From the NCBI GenBank assembly GCA_038214755.1, contig JBBQRQ010000001.1, positions 1 to 64,000 of the forward strand: a DNA stretch of 64,000 bases. The letters run 5' to 3'. The notes beneath the pieces are model-generated. The model ran no database searches. It worked only from the letters and a program-made list of their open reading frames with translations, and was not told where the DNA came from. Shown here piece after piece: positions 1-9,640 of this stretch (positions within the stretch are counted from its first letter, which is position 1; each line of letters begins with the position of its first letter). The DNA is from Verrucomicrobiota bacterium (GTDB lineage: Bacteria > Verrucomicrobiota > Verrucomicrobiia > Limisphaerales > CANJXF01). The translations under genes were made by a program, and so were the position numbers.

Positions 1-85
1 GATTCGACTCAAACGCCGATCAACGTGCTGCGGGATATTTTGCGCATCATCTCCAGGTTGTAAACTCCGGGTATGATTAAAAGCG

Positions 86-247
86 GGTGAGGCTGGATTT
101 GGTTCCTTGGACTGCGGCGGCATGACGCCGCTTTTCCTGCAAGTTCCGCGATGGAGCAAGTGCGCAAAAATGAAGAACCTTTCCGGCTTTTCCACCGTGC
201 AGCCAAAGCGGGGACGTGTCCCCGCAGTCCAAAATAAGATCGGTTCC
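86..247. repeat. Dispersed ~160-bp repeat, copy 1 (copy 2 at 32248-32406)
   Basis: ggtgaggctgg...tgacgccgcttttcctgca...cttttccaccgtgcagccaaag...aagatcggttcc aligns with 32248-32406; REP-like internal arms. Confidence 0.85.
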
Positions 248-436
248 AACCTCACCCACTTTTAGTCACACCCGTAAACTCCTGCCAGGGTTCCTCGACA
301 TTTCTTTGGGTTGGCGTATCGAAGACACAGGCCCCGGTAAGGTTCCACGACAGAAATTCTTCCCTGTGCCTCTGTCCTGCTACTCATAAAAATTCTGTTT
401 TCTTGCGCAAATTTTTGGCCTCGCGGAAATACGGAC

Positions 437-569
437 GTAGCGCAGGTTTCCAACTTGCCGTATCGCCGATGTCCAATCGGCAGGCGATATCAGGAACTCA
501 GATGGTCGGATTTTTTCAGCGCTCTGCGGGTTAGTTAGAAACCCGCGATACAGCAGAGTGGAAATCTGC
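437..569. repeat. REP-like palindromic element (gtagcgcag family)
   Basis: gtagcgcaggtttccaacttgccgtatcgc ... gcgatacagcagagtggaaatctgc; same family at 33390-33498. Confidence 0.7.
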
Positions 570-621
570 ACGGCTTTCGTTGCGGCTTGCCGCGCTATGC
601 CTCTTTGGTTAAATCCGTTCC

Positions 622-1533
622 ATGCGCGTTTTGATTGTCGGCTGCGGCTACATTGGAGTTCCACTCGGGGTCGAACTCATTCGGCTCGGCCACGAAGTTT
701 TTGGAGTTCGCCGGTCAGCCGATGCGTCGGAAGAATTGAAAGCCGCCGGAATTCATCCGCTCCTCGGCGATATTTCTCGCCGGGAAGATTTGGAAAAGTT
801 GCCGAGCGATTTCAATTGGATTATCAACACGGTTTCTTCAACCAGAGGCGGCGTGGAGGAATATGAACAAGTTTATCTCAACGGCACTCGCAATTTAATC
901 AACTGGCTCACGGCGAATCCTCCGATGAAATTTATTTACACCAGCAGCACGAGTGTTTACGGCCAAACCGATGGCTCGCCCGTCAAAGAAAGTTCGCTCA
1001 CGGAACCGCAAAGTGAGACGGGCAAAATTTTGGTTGAGACGGAAAAATTTTTGTTGGACGCGGCGCGGGAGAAAAATTTTCCCGCGGTGATTTTGCGCGT
1101 GGCTGGGATTTACGGGCCGGACCGCGGTCATCTGTTCCTGCAATATCTCCGCAATGAAGCGAAAATCTCCGGCAAAGGCGAACGGCTCATCAATATGATT
1201 CATCGCGATGATTTGATCGGCGTGATTATGGCCGCGCTGAAAAATGGGCGCGCTGGAGAAATTTACAACGTGGTCGATGACGAGCCGGTTCCACAGATTC
1301 ATTTCTTCCGCTGGCTTTCCGAGACGCTCGGAAAATATATGCCGCCGTTCGCGGGCGAGGCCGAAGACACGCAACGCAAACGCGGTTTGACTCAGAAAAA
1401 AGTTTCCAATCGCAAACTGAAAATGGAACTTGGCTATCAACTTAAATATCCAAATTTTCGTCAAGGCTACACGGCGGAAATCACGCGGCTGGATCGCGCA
1501 GGAAAATTAAATCTCGCGCGAGAGCCAAGATAA
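622..1533 (+). CDS. NAD-dependent epimerase/dehydratase (extended/atypical SDR)
   Basis: N-terminal IVGCGYIG Rossmann motif; YTSSTSVYG; LRVAGIYGP. Confidence 0.9.
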   Translation: MRVLIVGCGYIGVPLGVELIRLGHEVFGVRRSADASEELKAAGIHPLLGDISRREDLEKLPSDFNWIINTVSSTRGGVEEYEQVYLNGTRNLINWLTANPPMKFIYTSSTSVYGQTDGSPVKESSLTEPQSETGKILVETEKFLLDAAREKNFPAVILRVAGIYGPDRGHLFLQYLRNEAKISGKGERLINMIHRDDLIGVIMAALKNGRAGEIYNVVDDEPVPQIHFFRWLSETLGKYMPPFAGEAEDTQRKRGLTQKKVSNRKLKMELGYQLKYPNFRQGYTAEITRLDRAGKLNLAREPR

Positions 1534-1538
1534 AAATT

Positions 1539-1765
1539 CAATCCTGAAAGGATTGAATCACTCAGCCCAGGGTTGCGAGGCAGGAGCTACCCTGGGGTGA
1601 AGTGAAGTAAAAATTTTCCAACTCCAACGGAGTTGCATCTCATTCCGAGTTTAATATTTATTCGGGTCTCCAACCCATTCAGGGTTGATTCTCTTCGTTA
1701 TAGTTCACCCACGGTAGCTCGTAGCTCGCAACCCTGGGCTAGACGATGCAATCCCGTTGGGATTG
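1539..1765. repeat. REPIN-like inverted repeat
   Basis: agcccagggttgcgag..gagctacc versus ggtagctc..ctcgcaaccctgggct, with terminal hairpins caatcc..ggattg; architecture resembles the repeats flanking the Y1 transposase at 47401. Confidence 0.8.
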
Positions 1766-1839
1766 AACGCTACGGGAATATTTGCTGCGGACTTTGAAGC
1801 GTCGTGCAAAAATAAAAAATCAATTGATTTATTTCTGAC

Positions 1840-3261
1840 ATGAAAACCCATCCGCTTTATCTCGATGGCCAATTTGTTTTTCTGGAAAAAAACATTCCGG
1901 TCAACAATCCGGCGACGGGTCAAGCCTTCGCCAATATCTGCGTGGTGGATCGCGCCCGTGTCGCGCAAGCGGTCGGGGATGCGCACGGCGCATTCGCGAG
2001 TTGGCGCGCGCTCACCGCGAAAGCCCGCGGAGAATTTCTGCATAAAATCGCAAATGAACTTGAGCGGCGTGGCGATCAAATTGCTCGAACCATCACGATG
2101 GAAAATGGCAAGCCGCTCGCGCAAAGTTCCGGCGAAGTCGCCATGGCGGTCGATCATTTGCGCTGGTTTGCCGAGGAAGGTCGCCGCGCTTATGGCCGGA
2201 TCATTCCGCATCAAACCGATGGTAAACGAAACCTCGTTGTCAAAACTCCCATCGGTGTCGTCGCTGCGATCAGCCCGTGGAATTTTCCGCTGGTGCTGGC
2301 CGTGCGAAAAATAGCTCCGGCGCTGGCGGCTGGATGTCCGGTCATTTTAAAACCCGCCAGCGCGACGCCGCTGTGCGCGATTGCTTTTGCCGAAGCGTGC
2401 GACGCGGTGAAACTGCCGAAAGGCGTTTTTCAAGTGGTCTGTGGAGCAGCGTCAGAAATCGCGCAGGAATTTCTGGACAACTCACTCGTGCGCAAAATCA
2501 CCTTCACCGGCTCGACGGAAGTTGGGCAAAAATTGATTGCAGGCGCGGCGAAAAATGTGAAGCCGCTTTCACTTGAACTCGGCGGCCTCGCGCCCGTGCT
2601 CGTGTTCGACGACGCCGATTTGGAAAAATCTGTCGATGGCGCGATGCTCGCAAAATTTCGCAACACCGGCCAATCGTGCATCGCGGCCAATCGGATTTAT
2701 GTTCAACGCGGGATTTACGAGCGGTTCGTGAAATTATTTGTCGAGAAAACCACGGCGCTGAAAGTGGGGGATGGATTGGAAGACGGCGTGCAGATCGGCG
2801 CGATGATCGACGAGAAAGCGATTGCTAAAGCGAGCGAGCACGTTGAAGACGCGTCGGGACGCGGGGCGAAATTGGTTTGCGGCGGAAAACGGCTCGAGCG
2901 CGCCGGATATTTTTTCGAGCCAACTGTTTTGACGGATGTGCCGCGAGACGTGCTTTGCATGAAAGAAGAAACGTTCGCGCCGATTGCGGCGATTGCCCCA
3001 TTTGAAACGGAAGCCGAAGGAATTGAACTCGCGAATTCCGCTCCGTTCGGATTAAGCGCCTACGTTTTTACTCGCGATCTGAGCCGGGCGTTTCGGTTGA
3101 TGGAATCGATTGAAGCGGGAATGATCGGCATCAATGATGGTTTGCCGACGACAAGCAACGCGCCGTTTGGCGGAATGAAAATGAGCGGCTGGGGGCGCGA
3201 ACTGGGCAGCGAAGGTCTCGATGCTTTTCTGGAAACCAAACATGTGTCGATTGGAATTTGA
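1840..3261 (+). CDS. gabD: NAD(P)-dependent succinate-semialdehyde dehydrogenase-like aldehyde dehydrogenase
   Basis: PWNFP, FTGSTEVG, LELGG, FRNTGQSC (catalytic Cys), EETFAP. Confidence 0.85.
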   Translation: MKTHPLYLDGQFVFLEKNIPVNNPATGQAFANICVVDRARVAQAVGDAHGAFASWRALTAKARGEFLHKIANELERRGDQIARTITMENGKPLAQSSGEVAMAVDHLRWFAEEGRRAYGRIIPHQTDGKRNLVVKTPIGVVAAISPWNFPLVLAVRKIAPALAAGCPVILKPASATPLCAIAFAEACDAVKLPKGVFQVVCGAASEIAQEFLDNSLVRKITFTGSTEVGQKLIAGAAKNVKPLSLELGGLAPVLVFDDADLEKSVDGAMLAKFRNTGQSCIAANRIYVQRGIYERFVKLFVEKTTALKVGDGLEDGVQIGAMIDEKAIAKASEHVEDASGRGAKLVCGGKRLERAGYFFEPTVLTDVPRDVLCMKEETFAPIAAIAPFETEAEGIELANSAPFGLSAYVFTRDLSRAFRLMESIEAGMIGINDGLPTTSNAPFGGMKMSGWGRELGSEGLDAFLETKHVSIGI

Positions 3262-3269
3262 TCGCCTAA

Positions 3270-3423
3270 TCTCATTAACACCCTGCTTTAGCTGGGTGTT
3301 AGCAAACGCGAGGAGCTTAAAACCGTTTTAACGGTTTTTGTTCGCGACAAAAGAAAACCGCTGAAGCGGTTCAAAACTTTTTGAACCGTCGCAACACCCA
3401 GCTAAAGCAGGGTGCTAATGAGA
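3270..3423. repeat. REP-like long palindrome
   Basis: tctcattaacaccctgctttagctgggtgtt ... aacacccagctaaagcagggtgctaatgaga. Confidence 0.85.
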
Positions 3424-3523
3424 AAAGACGCAAACCCGGATAAACAGTGTGAGAGAGAAAAGAAAAAAATTTATGGAAAAAAGAAAGTCACGGCTCGACG
3501 GGAGTCTCGCCCTACCAATATTT

Positions 3524-4285
3524 ATGGACACAATAAAATCAGCGAACTTTCTCAGCGCGGATGCGTCGGCGTTTCGCTACGTCGAGAAATCCAATCCGCA
3601 CAATTCCAATTTACAATTTTTGACCTATGGCGTTTACGAGCTGACGGGCGCAGCGCAAAGCGGTTTGCTCTCGCATGCGGGAGAAGAGGCGTTGCTTTTT
3701 TGCTGGAGTGGAACCGCCGTGGCGCATCTCGACGAAAAAGAATTCCCGCTCGAACATTACGACACGCTCTACCTTCCGCGCGGCGCGAGCTATCGTCTGT
3801 CGCAGAAAAGTGGCGAGAGCAAAATCATCATTTGTCGCGCGTCTTCGGAAAAAGTTCATCCCGTTTTTCATTCCAAATGGAGCGAGTTTTCCAAAGATGA
3901 AAAGCGCATCCGCCATCTCAAAGGCAAAGATGTGTTCCTCATGTTCGACGTGAGCGAAGGCGCGGACAAGTTGATCGCGGGCTACACGATTTTCCAACCG
4001 CATCAACGCTCCTATCCGCCGCACAATCACACCGACCAGGAAGAAATTTACATTTTCACCAAAGGCGGCGGCTCGATGGAAGTTTATGCCGGCGAAGAGA
4101 CGAAAAGTTTTGTGCGCGCGGTCAACGAAGGCGATGCGGTGACGATTCCGCTTTTAAATTATCATCCCGTGTTCAGCCAGGAAGAGGAGTTGCATTTTAT
4201 CTGGTGCATCGCGGGCAATCGCTATTGGGTCGGCGATAAGAATAAAGATTTTATGACGGGCAAAGTGGAGAAGTTGACGACGTGA
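3524..4285 (+). CDS. KduI/IolB-like cupin isomerase (5-deoxyglucuronate isomerase family)
   Basis: Bicupin layout; SYPPHNH..QEEIY and YHPV motifs; start uncertain (alternative ATG near 3473). Confidence 0.7.
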   Translation: MDTIKSANFLSADASAFRYVEKSNPHNSNLQFLTYGVYELTGAAQSGLLSHAGEEALLFCWSGTAVAHLDEKEFPLEHYDTLYLPRGASYRLSQKSGESKIIICRASSEKVHPVFHSKWSEFSKDEKRIRHLKGKDVFLMFDVSEGADKLIAGYTIFQPHQRSYPPHNHTDQEEIYIFTKGGGSMEVYAGEETKSFVRAVNEGDAVTIPLLNYHPVFSQEEELHFIWCIAGNRYWVGDKNKDFMTGKVEKLTT

Positions 4286-4337
4286 AGCGTGAAAGCGTTG
4301 AAGCGTTGAAGCGTGGAAGCGTGGAAGCGTGGAGCGT
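4283..4337. repeat. Tandem short repeats (tgaagcgt/ggaagcgt); similar run at ~6395-6427
   Basis: Visible tandem 7-8-mers directly after stop codons. Confidence 0.75.
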
Positions 4338-4445
4338 AAATGGTTTGGCATCCGGCGTTGAGTGGCGATTCAACAATTTAACGATTTACGCGCGCCCACC
4401 TCCGGCACCGACTCGTCAATCGTCAATCGTCAATCGTAAATAGGA

Positions 4446-5453
4446 ATGAAACTCACCTCCGAACTCCTGGCTCACGGGCAAATCATCCGGGAGCCGGTTG
4501 GTTTTGAAAAAGGTTATTGGGCGGGCGCGCCCGGAGTTTTTTACGCGGCCGATGAAAAGGTTTGGTATCTCACTTATCGGATCCGACGGCCTCGCGGAGT
4601 GGAGCCGGATCGCGGCGGCGAAGCGAGAATTGCGCGCTCGACCGATTTGAAAAATTGGGAGGACATCTGGTCGGTCACGAAGGACAAATACAATTCCGCG
4701 TCCATCGAACGCAGCGCCATTCGCAAAGGCCGCGATGGATTGTGGCGCTATTTCACGAGCTACGTTGACCCGGCCGATGGACGTTGGTGCGTCTCTGTTC
4801 TCAAAGGATCCGACATTGCCAAACTCGATCCAGCGAAAGCGCAATCCGTTTTCAAAGCAGCGCCGCACGGTTTGGAAGGCGTCAAAGACCCGTGGATTTT
4901 CGAGGTGAACGGAATCTTCAACATGATCCTTAGCGTGGCAAGTCCAACGCTCAAGACGACGGGCGAATCTCATTCGTCCCTCGATATTTTCAATACCGGC
5001 GATTGTATCTCCGCGACGGCACTGGCGACTTCCAAAGATTTGGACGAATGGATTTGGCGCGGGATAATTTTCGAGCCGGACGAAACCGGATGGGATTCCT
5101 ACTGCCGGCGCATCAACAGTATCATCTCGCACAACGGAAAATATTTTGCGTTCTACGACGGCAGCGCGAGCCATCTGGAAAATTACGAAGAAAAAACCGG
5201 TGTCGCTGTTTCGGACGATTTGAAGACCTGGGATACTCTGACTCCAACCATGCCCGCCTACGTCAGCCCGCACGCCTCAACTTCTCTTCGCTACATCGAC
5301 GCGCAAATCATCGGTCAACAAATTTATATTTTCTACGAATTTGCCCGAGCGGATGGCGCGCATGATTTGCGATTGGTCACAGTGGAGGAATGGCCATTCA
5401 ATTGTAGCGGCGTCTCTGCGAGCGCGGATGAAACGCAGGAGCGAAAAAATTAG
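4446..5453 (+). CDS. Five-bladed beta-propeller glycoside hydrolase-like protein
   Basis: GAPGV, KDPWI, repeated S-x-DL-x-x-W blade motifs. Confidence 0.65.
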   Translation: MKLTSELLAHGQIIREPVGFEKGYWAGAPGVFYAADEKVWYLTYRIRRPRGVEPDRGGEARIARSTDLKNWEDIWSVTKDKYNSASIERSAIRKGRDGLWRYFTSYVDPADGRWCVSVLKGSDIAKLDPAKAQSVFKAAPHGLEGVKDPWIFEVNGIFNMILSVASPTLKTTGESHSSLDIFNTGDCISATALATSKDLDEWIWRGIIFEPDETGWDSYCRRINSIISHNGKYFAFYDGSASHLENYEEKTGVAVSDDLKTWDTLTPTMPAYVSPHASTSLRYIDAQIIGQQIYIFYEFARADGAHDLRLVTVEEWPFNCSGVSASADETQERKN

Positions 5454-5479
5454 CGGCGGTCACAGACGCGCCGCTACAA
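5402..5479. repeat. REP-like palindrome overlapping the 3' end of the upstream CDS
   Basis: ttgtagcggcgtctctg ... cacagacgcgccgctacaa; half-copies at ~24951-24976 and ~34904-34928. Confidence 0.7.
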
Positions 5480-5522
5480 GTTGAATTTGATTTGTGGAAA
5501 TACGCGCCGCAAATTTCGCCTG

Positions 5523-6368
5523 ATGAACTCCTTTCCTGACTATTTAAGAGTCCCGGCCGCTGACCTTGGAGAGAACACCAACGTCACCGTCACCCCAAAA
5601 AGCGACATGGCTTCCATTGCGCAAACGATTGCCGATGACATGCTCGCGGAAATTTTGCGGGCGCGCGACGAAGGCGGCCACGCAACGCTCATCGTTCCCG
5701 TCGGCCCGGTGGATCAATATCCCATTTTCGCGCGGATGCTGAACGAGAAAAAAATTTCCATCCGCGACGTGATGCTCATCAACATGGATGAATATTTGAC
5801 CGACGATGACCAATGGATTCCCATCGAGCACCCACTCAGTTTTCGCGGTTACATGGATAGGATGTTTTACCATTTGCTCGAATCGACGATTGCGCCAGAG
5901 GTTGGGAACCGCGTTTTTCCACATCCGCAGAAATGTGGTGAAATTCAAGACCGGATTGAGAGTCGCGGTGGAGTCGATTGTTGTTTCGGCGGAATTGGAA
6001 TCAACGGCCACGTCGCCTTCAACGAGCCGCCTGAACCTGGCGAAAAAATTTCCGACGATGAGTTTGCCAAAATTCCCACGCGCGTCCTCTCGCTCTCCCG
6101 CGAAACACGCACCATCAATTCTGTCACCGTCGGCGGAGAAATCTCGGTCGTGCCTTCGCGCTGCGTGACTGTCGGGATGCAGGAAATTCTCGGAGCGCGC
6201 CGTCTTCGTTTCTATTGCAATCGTCCGTGGCAAAGCGCCGTGGTGCGCCGCGTTTTGCACGGACCGATCACGGCGAGTTGTCCGGCTTCCTTCCTGCGCA
6301 ATCATCCCGCGGCGGCTATTACGGTGGCGGAATACGTGGCGGCACCGCCTCTCCTGCAATTGCGGTGA
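5523..6368 (+). CDS. Glucosamine-6-phosphate deaminase/isomerase family protein
   Basis: NMDEY, GGIGINGHVAFNEP, GPITASCPASFL. Confidence 0.85.
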   Translation: MNSFPDYLRVPAADLGENTNVTVTPKSDMASIAQTIADDMLAEILRARDEGGHATLIVPVGPVDQYPIFARMLNEKKISIRDVMLINMDEYLTDDDQWIPIEHPLSFRGYMDRMFYHLLESTIAPEVGNRVFPHPQKCGEIQDRIESRGGVDCCFGGIGINGHVAFNEPPEPGEKISDDEFAKIPTRVLSLSRETRTINSVTVGGEISVVPSRCVTVGMQEILGARRLRFYCNRPWQSAVVRRVLHGPITASCPASFLRNHPAAAITVAEYVAAPPLLQLR

Positions 6369-6437
6369 AGTGTGAAGATCGTAGAAGCTTTGGAACGTTG
6401 GAGCGTTGAAGCGTGAAGCGTGAAGCGGGGTGGAGCA

Positions 6438-6745
6438 ATGACAACGACTATTAGCGTTTCGCCAAACGGCAGGTGGAACTCCCCAAGGAATTCTGTAAGC
6501 GAAAAAGATCAAAACCGGGATGGCTTTGCGCGTAACGGAAGTGGGCGACGGTCTGTATGTGCCCCCTGTGCTGGAGCCGACCGAGAATGAATTCAAAGAC
6601 GTTATCGCCGCCCGCGATTCGCCCGCCCGCCGCGAAACGCCGGAGGAAGAAAATTTCGTGCGCCAGGTCATCTCCGACTAGCGCGAGGAGAAGCGGCGAA
6701 AACAAAAAATGAATATGGTCGCGGACAGTGGAACTTTCATTGCAC
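6438..6745 (+). pseudogene. Frameshifted AbrB/MazE-type antitoxin followed by a possible PIN-toxin N-terminal stub
   Basis: Across two frameshifts: MTTTISVSPNG/QVELPKEFCKRK/KIKTGMALRVTEVGDGLYV...QVISD*; then MNMVADSGTFIA. Confidence 0.55.
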
Positions 6746-6852
6746 GAGCAAGACAAAGAATTTCGCCGAGAAATACCAAGCGCAAGCCCACGATGAACGT
6801 TGCCTGATTTGCCGGGCTTGTTGTGTTAGTCGCGATGACGTATTTTGTGCGC

Positions 6853-7077
6853 ATGAAGCTGTTAGAACGCATCACGGTGGAGCCAGATAAATGTGGCGGG
6901 CGTCCTTGCATCCGGGGCTTACGCATTCGTGTGACGGACGTGCTGGCCATGTTGGCCGAAGGGGTGCCGCACGAGGAAATCCTGCGCGATTTTCCTTACC
7001 TTGAACCGGATGACATCAAGGCGGCACTCGCTTACGCGGCGCGCCAATCCGACCACGCCATTCTACAGCCCGTGTGA
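6853..7077 (+). CDS. DUF433 family antitoxin
   Basis: RITVEPDKCGGRPCIRGLRI...DIKAALAYA. Confidence 0.9.
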   Translation: MKLLERITVEPDKCGGRPCIRGLRIRVTDVLAMLAEGVPHEEILRDFPYLEPDDIKAALAYAARQSDHAILQPV

Positions 7078-7406
7078 ATTTTCTCGTGGATGCGCAGTTA
7101 CCGCCGACACTGGCACAGTGGATTTCCAGCCAAGACCATCAAGCCATCCACGTCTTCGATTTAGGTTTGCAGAGGGCCGACGACCCGGTGATCTGGGAGC
7201 GCGCCCGCAACGACCGGTCCGTCATCATCAGCAAAGATGAGGACTTTGTTGATCGTTGGCTCGTGAGTGACACACCAATTCCCTTGGTTTGGATTCGGAA
7301 AGGGAATTGTTCAAATCAGGTGTTAATGGCGTGGCTGGAACCGCTCTGGCCGGAGACGTTGGCACGGTTGGAGCGAGGAGAGCGGCTCATTGAGTTGAGG
7401 GCCTGA
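7074..7406 (+). CDS. DUF5615 PIN-like toxin
   Basis: MNFLVDAQLP, ISKDEDF; overlaps the DUF433 stop (GTGA). Confidence 0.85.
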   Translation: MNFLVDAQLPPTLAQWISSQDHQAIHVFDLGLQRADDPVIWERARNDRSVIISKDEDFVDRWLVSDTPIPLVWIRKGNCSNQVLMAWLEPLWPETLARLERGERLIELRA

Positions 7407-7522
7407 AATTATCGAACTCGAAAGTGTCCGGTTCAACGCCGACTTCGTCATCAACATCACGCGCTTTCCCCTTTTCTCCCTGCCGCATCGTGCTACCTTT
7501 CCGCTGATCAAAGTATTTAAAA

Positions 7523-8812
7523 TTGAAAGCGCTCATCTCGAACCACCAACGCACCGAACGGGTTTTCCTCATTGGCCTCGAACTTAAATCGCGCTCCTCT
7601 TTCGATGTCCGCGATTCTCTGGATGAATTAAATGAACTCGCCACCAGCGCAGGCGCGGACGTGATCGGCGATGGCACCCAAAAACTCGAGTCGCCCGTCG
7701 CCGGAACATTTATTGGAACCGGCAAGGCCAAGGAATTTGCCGACGACTGTCGCGCGCAAGATGTCGATACGGTGATTTTTGACGACGAACTTTCGCCCGC
7801 GCAAAGCCGCAACCTGGAAGAAGTTTTCGCCTGCAAAGTTTTGGATCGCACTTCGCTCATCCTCGATATTTTCGCGCAACGCGCCCGTAGCAAAGAAGGC
7901 AAATTGCAAATCGAACTCGCGCAACTCCAACATTTACTCCCGCGCCTCACGAGATTTTGGGGCCACTTGTCGCGGCAAAAAGGCGGCATCGGTATGCGGG
8001 GTGACGGTGAAACTCAATTGGAAACCGACCGACGCCGTGTGCAGGATCGCATCTCGAAAATTTCCGGCGAACTCGACATCGTCCGACGACAACGCGGGAC
8101 GCAACGCAACGGTCGCCAGCGAAAACTTTGGCCGCTCGCGTCAATTGTCGGCTACACGAACGCGGGCAAATCCACTTTGCTCAACGCGCTGACTGGCTCC
8201 GCCGTTTTCGCCGAAGAAAAAATGTTCGCGACGCTTGATCCGACGACGCGCCGACTTCGTTTGCCCACGAACCAAAATGTTTTGCTGACCGACACGGTCG
8301 GTTTCATTCGCAAATTGCCGCACGGTTTGGTCGAGGCGTTCAAGGCGACGCTGGAAGAAGTGGTCGAGGCCGATTTGCTTTTGCACGTCGTCGATATGAG
8401 CCACCCGCAGGCCGGGGAACAAATTCTCGCCGTCAATTCCGTGCTGGAAGAAATCGGCGCGGCCGGCAAACCGACGATTATGGTTTTCAACAAAACGGAT
8501 CGCTTCGAGACTGACGATTGGTTGAACAAATTTTCCGAGCGCTTTCCGAATGCGGTTGGCATCTCGGCGAAAACGGGCGCGGGCCTTCCTGCGTTGCTCG
8601 CGGAACTCAGCACGCAACTCCGGCCCATCCGCGAATTTGTGGAACTGGATGTGCCGCATCATCACACCGCGCTCATCGCTCGGCTGCATGAAGTGGCGCA
8701 AGTCATCGAGAGAAATTACGAAGGTGTCAGCGCGAAATTCAAAGCGCGCATCCCGCCGCATTTTCATTCCGAGTTCGCGCCATTTATCGTGCAGGAATTG
8801 CAGACGGTTTGA
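7523..8812 (+). CDS. hflX: GTPase HflX
   Basis: GYTNAGKSTL, FATLDPT, DTVGF, NKTD; LDIFAQRA..EGKLQIELAQL. Confidence 0.97.
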   Translation: MKALISNHQRTERVFLIGLELKSRSSFDVRDSLDELNELATSAGADVIGDGTQKLESPVAGTFIGTGKAKEFADDCRAQDVDTVIFDDELSPAQSRNLEEVFACKVLDRTSLILDIFAQRARSKEGKLQIELAQLQHLLPRLTRFWGHLSRQKGGIGMRGDGETQLETDRRRVQDRISKISGELDIVRRQRGTQRNGRQRKLWPLASIVGYTNAGKSTLLNALTGSAVFAEEKMFATLDPTTRRLRLPTNQNVLLTDTVGFIRKLPHGLVEAFKATLEEVVEADLLLHVVDMSHPQAGEQILAVNSVLEEIGAAGKPTIMVFNKTDRFETDDWLNKFSERFPNAVGISAKTGAGLPALLAELSTQLRPIREFVELDVPHHHTALIARLHEVAQVIERNYEGVSAKFKARIPPHFHSEFAPFIVQELQTV

Positions 8813-8857
8813 AGTTTTGCGCTTGTCGGAAAATAGCGACAAGGGCATTTTAACGCC

Positions 8858-9064
8858 ATGACCAGAGACCAAGTTCAAACTGCGATTCGCGAAGGAATTC
8901 CTTTCGCCATCAAGATGGCCGACGGCGAAAAGTATGAAGTATCAGAATCTTATAAAATCGCCCTCGGCAGAACATATATTATCGTCATCGGTGCAGACGA
9001 CCTGCCGCACATTTTGCCGCTGTTGACCATGACGGGGATAAGTTATTTGAAGCCGACAAAATAA
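8858..9064 (+). CDS. Small hypothetical protein (PVC-type PF-x-I-x-MADG family), copy A
   Basis: 68 aa; full-length paralog of 9373-9579. Confidence 0.8.
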   Translation: MTRDQVQTAIREGIPFAIKMADGEKYEVSESYKIALGRTYIIVIGADDLPHILPLLTMTGISYLKPTK

Positions 9065-9114
9065 TTCATTGAACCTGAGCGACCTTGCCAATCGCCGATT
9101 ACTAAGCTAACGCC

Positions 9115-9339
9115 ATGACCGAATTAACCTTCAACGTAGAGCATTGCCCTGACACCGGATGGTTGGTTGCGTCATGGGACGAAGCCGGCGGAGTTGGTGG
9201 CATCACTACGCAGGGTAAAGATTTGCGTGAGCTTGAAGAAATCGTCAAAGACGCGGTGCGCTGCCATTTTGACGAAGGCCACACGCCGCAAACCGTCCGG
9301 CTGCATTTTCTGAACGATCGGGTTTTGGAAACGGTGTGA
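9115..9339 (+). CDS. HicB-like antitoxin
   Basis: GITTQGKDLRELEEIVKDAVRCHF; followed by a possible HicA stub (gtgaaactttccccggat). Confidence 0.7.
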   Translation: MTELTFNVEHCPDTGWLVASWDEAGGVGGITTQGKDLRELEEIVKDAVRCHFDEGHTPQTVRLHFLNDRVLETV

Positions 9340-9372
9340 AACTTTCCCCGGATTTTGATTCGAAGAAACACT

Positions 9373-9579
9373 ATGACAAGGGACAAAATTCAAACTGCGA
9401 TTCGAGAAGGAATCCCGTTTATGATCAAAATGGCTGATGGTGAACATTACGAGGTTTCGGATCAATTCAAGGTCGCGCTGGGCAGAACCACCGTGATTGT
9501 TGTCGGCGACGATGACATGCCTCATGTCCTGCCGCTGCTGACCATGACGGGCATTTCTTATTTGAAACCGAAAAAGTAA
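9373..9579 (+). CDS. Small hypothetical protein, copy B
   Basis: MTRDKIQTAIREGIPFMIKMADG...LPLLTMTGISYLKPKK. Confidence 0.8.
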   Translation: MTRDKIQTAIREGIPFMIKMADGEHYEVSDQFKVALGRTTVIVVGDDDMPHVLPLLTMTGISYLKPKK

Positions 9580-9640
9580 TAAGCGGAGGAAGAAGACTTT
9601 TTACTTGGTGTCTATCTGCGCTGCTGGTTAAACCTGCCAC

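Noticed and set aside
1..63. Open frame DSTQTPINVLRDILRIISRL* at the window start
   Set aside because: May be a gene end but is too short to support a call.
5544..6671. Long antisense ORFs (e.g. 375 aa here, 381 aa at 25303, 290 aa at 41246)
   Set aside because: Shadow frames of well-supported genes on the opposite strand, common in GC-rich DNA.
7407..7480. Coding-like stretch IIELESVRFNADFVINITRF between the toxin and hflX
   Set aside because: Could be another stranded gene tail, but no parent is recognisable in the window.
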